Assembly (NCBI GenBank): GCA_963771335.1
Contig: CAVYTD010000024.1
Location: 98,096-162,095 of the forward strand
DNA: 64,000 nucleotides
Direction of reading: 5' to 3'
DNA from: an uncultured Actinomycetota bacterium
Lineage (GTDB): Bacteria; Actinomycetota; Actinomycetes; Mycobacteriales; Mycobacteriaceae
The notes below the pieces were generated by a model. It did no database searches. It saw nothing but the letters and a program-made list of their open reading frames with translations, and was not told where the DNA came from. A program made the translations under genes and the position numbers. This document shows positions 61,952 through 64,000 of the stretch, piece by piece; the stretch's first letter is position 1; the number at the start of each line of letters is the position of its first letter.

Positions 61952-63022
61952 CGAGCACCGATGTGGGGCTGGACTTCTGGCTCGGCTATGTCGAGGCGAG
62001 CGGCGGGCTCACCGAACTCGGCGCCGATACGACGGTGGTGATGCTGCCACCAGCACTGCAGACGATGCTGGAGCTGCCGGAGGTGCTGCAGGTCACCGCC
62101 GACCCCGATGTCGCTCGCGAGGACGGCGCGACCTTCCTCTCAACCGGGCATCCCGCGCTGGGTCGCTCCGCCGACGAGGTGCTGGCGGTGGGTGACGTCG
62201 CCGCGATGGCCGTTCCTGTCGCCGCCACGCTGCCACCAGCGGCCGACGCAGCTGCAGGCGATGGCGCGCAACCAGTTCATCGTCGATCACGGACGGATCG
62301 ACGCCACGGCTGCACCGACCCGGTCGGTTCGCGTGATTTTGCGTGTCGGGGCACTGGTCCACTACACGCTGTCCAGCGACGACCACTACCAGGAATGCGT
62401 CGAGTGCTGGGTGGATGTGCAGTCGCATCGTCAGCTCCCTGCTCACGTCAGTAGGAAGCTAGCGGCCTTGCCGACAGTGCCGAAAGATGGTTCGCCGTCG
62501 ATGACCGGCCTGACCGCGGCGATCGGAATTGCGGACCGGGTCATCGAGCAGAGCGCCGAGCGTCGGCGGTCGGTTCTCGGTGATGACATCGTCGACGCGC
62601 GCGACGCGGAGCTGGAACGCGTCGAGGCCTACTACCGTGATGCGCTCGCGACGATCGAGCGTCGGCGCGCGCAAGCACCTGCCGATCGCCGGGAACTGCT
62701 GGACGCACGCGCCAATAGCGTACGCAACGAGCGCTCCCGGCGGATCGGTGAGACTCGGGAGAAATATCAAGCGAGCCACGAGGTGCGGCCCTATCGGCTG
62801 CACGTCTACGAGGTGCCGGTATGGCGCTTGCCGGTCGATGTCCGCCGCGGCGACCGGCGTTACCCTCTGACGCTAGATTGGCTCATCCCGCTGATCCGTT
62901 TCGCCGACATTGCCTGCCCACACTGCGGTGCCGATGAGCGACTGGTCGCGACGAAGACAAGGCTCGGGTGCGTCGGCTGCGTTCCCCGACCGACGGGCCC
63001 CCCTGCTGGCGCCCGAGCCTGA
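61948..63022 (+). CDS. Hypothetical helicase partner with coiled coil and C-terminal Zn ribbon, indel near 62245
   Basis: TTG overlaps the helicase stop; ELERVEAYY coiled coil; CPHC..CVGC. Confidence 0.75.
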
Positions 63023-63284
63023 GCCCCAGAGACCGTCGGCGAAGCCTGCAGCGAAGGCGAACCATGTTGTTGCGCAACTGCTGACGCCGAAGAAGTGTCC
63101 GTCGCCGGTGCGCACCGATGCCAGCCTGACGCCGGCGACACCGAGACCCTCGACTGCAGTTCAAGCGGCTGCGCTCGAAGATCGAGGCCGCGGTGTCCTC
63201 CTCCCTCGACGGAGAACAACCGATCGAACGTACTGGCGAATTCAGCGACCCGCGCAGCGAACTTCACTGATGTATTTCTGCCAC

Positions 63285-63464
63285 GCGTCGTTCAATTTCT
63301 GCCACCGGAAATGAAACCGGCCACCCGGGGGGTTATAGCCAGTAGATCGGATGAAATGTCAACGAAGAGAACCGATCTGACAACGTCGGAACCGCGTGAT
63401 TCGCTCCACGGCTCGGACCCGAAACATAGGGAAGAGCAAGATCATGAAGAAGTTCACCATCGCC
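63285..63464 (+). repeat. 180-bp direct repeat, copy 1 (promoter, leader and first 7 codons)
   Basis: Matches 63821-64000 at 179/180 by eye. Confidence 0.95.
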
Positions 63465-63743
63465 ACCGCCGCCGCAGCCGGATTGTCCGCCGCCGTCCTG
63501 GGACTGGCCGCCCCCGCGTTCGCTGCTCCGTCGGGTTCGCAGAACGCTCAAGAGACCATCAGCGCGCTGGAGGCTCAGGGCAACCGGGTCATCGTCAACC
63601 GCGAGAGTGGCGCGTCGCTGTCGGACGCCACGGTGGTCGCGGTTCGTCAGGGCAACGAGATCCAGGAGTACACCTGGGACGCCCAGCGCGATGACCGGGT
63701 CCTGGAGACCGTCGGCCGCATCGTCTACGTCGACGTCCGCTAA
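63444..63743 (+). CDS. Small secreted protein (99 aa), mycobacterial family of unknown function
   Basis: MKKF plus Ala-rich signal peptide ending AFA-AP; ISALEAQGNRVIVN..VYVDV; purine-rich RBS. Confidence 0.85.
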   Translation: MKKFTIATAAAAGLSAAVLGLAAPAFAAPSGSQNAQETISALEAQGNRVIVNRESGASLSDATVVAVRQGNEIQEYTWDAQRDDRVLETVGRIVYVDVR

Positions 63744-63753
63744 AGCTTCCCGC

Positions 63754-63790
63754 AAGAAGGGGCCACCTCCACCCGGAGGGGCCCCTTTTT
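63754..63790 (+). terminator. Rho-independent terminator
   Basis: aagaaggggcc-a-cctcc-accc-ggagg-ggccccttttt. Confidence 0.85.
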
Positions 63791-63820
63791 GTGTTTCGAG
63801 GCGGGACGGGTTTCTGCCGG

Positions 63821-64000
63821 GCGTCGTTCAATTTCTGCCACCGGAAATGGAACCGGCCACCCGGGGGGTTATAGCCAGTAGATCGGATGAAATGTCAACG
63901 AAGAGAACCGATCTGACAACGTCGGAACCGCGTGATTCGCTCCACGGCTCGGACCCGAAACATAGGGAAGAGCAAGATCATGAAGAAGTTCACCATCGCC
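63821..64000 (+). repeat. 180-bp direct repeat, copy 2 (runs off the window; ORF MKKFTIA starts at 63980)
   Basis: 536-bp offset from copy 1. Confidence 0.95.

Noticed and set aside
58238-64000. Prophage or integrative element
   Set aside because: No integrase, transposase, tRNA, att repeat or phage structural gene is visible within the window.

Overview
High-GC actinobacterial chromosome segment, almost certainly a fast-growing Mycobacterium (Mycolicibacterium-type). It holds the conserved cell-wall biosynthesis locus, equivalent to M. tuberculosis Rv3838c to Rv3789: pheA, serS, Rv3819/3818/3817, two acyltransferases, HAD, amidase, erp, glf-glfT2-Rv3807c-ubiA-aftB, fbpA-fbpD, Rv3802c, fadD32-pks13-accD4, and on the minus strand gtrA-dprE1-dprE2-aftA-embC-embA-embB. 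Many essential genes carry 1-bp indels, most likely sequencing or assembly errors. Three accessory blocks interrupt the core. (1) serS-coupled DUF5718-like and MOSC genes. (2) A block between accD4 and embB (34.7-43.8 kb): methyltransferase with SARP-type phased heptamers, BTAD-ATPase regulator, DUF4331-like gene, Phd/VapC pair, RDD-kinase operon and an MBL hydrolase. (3) A block beyond gtrA (58.3-64 kb): internally deleted LipJ-like pseudogene, VapBC, a minimal SNF2 helicase coupled to a Zn-ribbon partner, and a 536-bp tandemly repeated cassette of conserved leader, small secreted protein and terminator. MIRU/REP-like mini-elements sit inside embB, aftA and pks13. All assignments come from motif and synteny recognition; no database searches were run.
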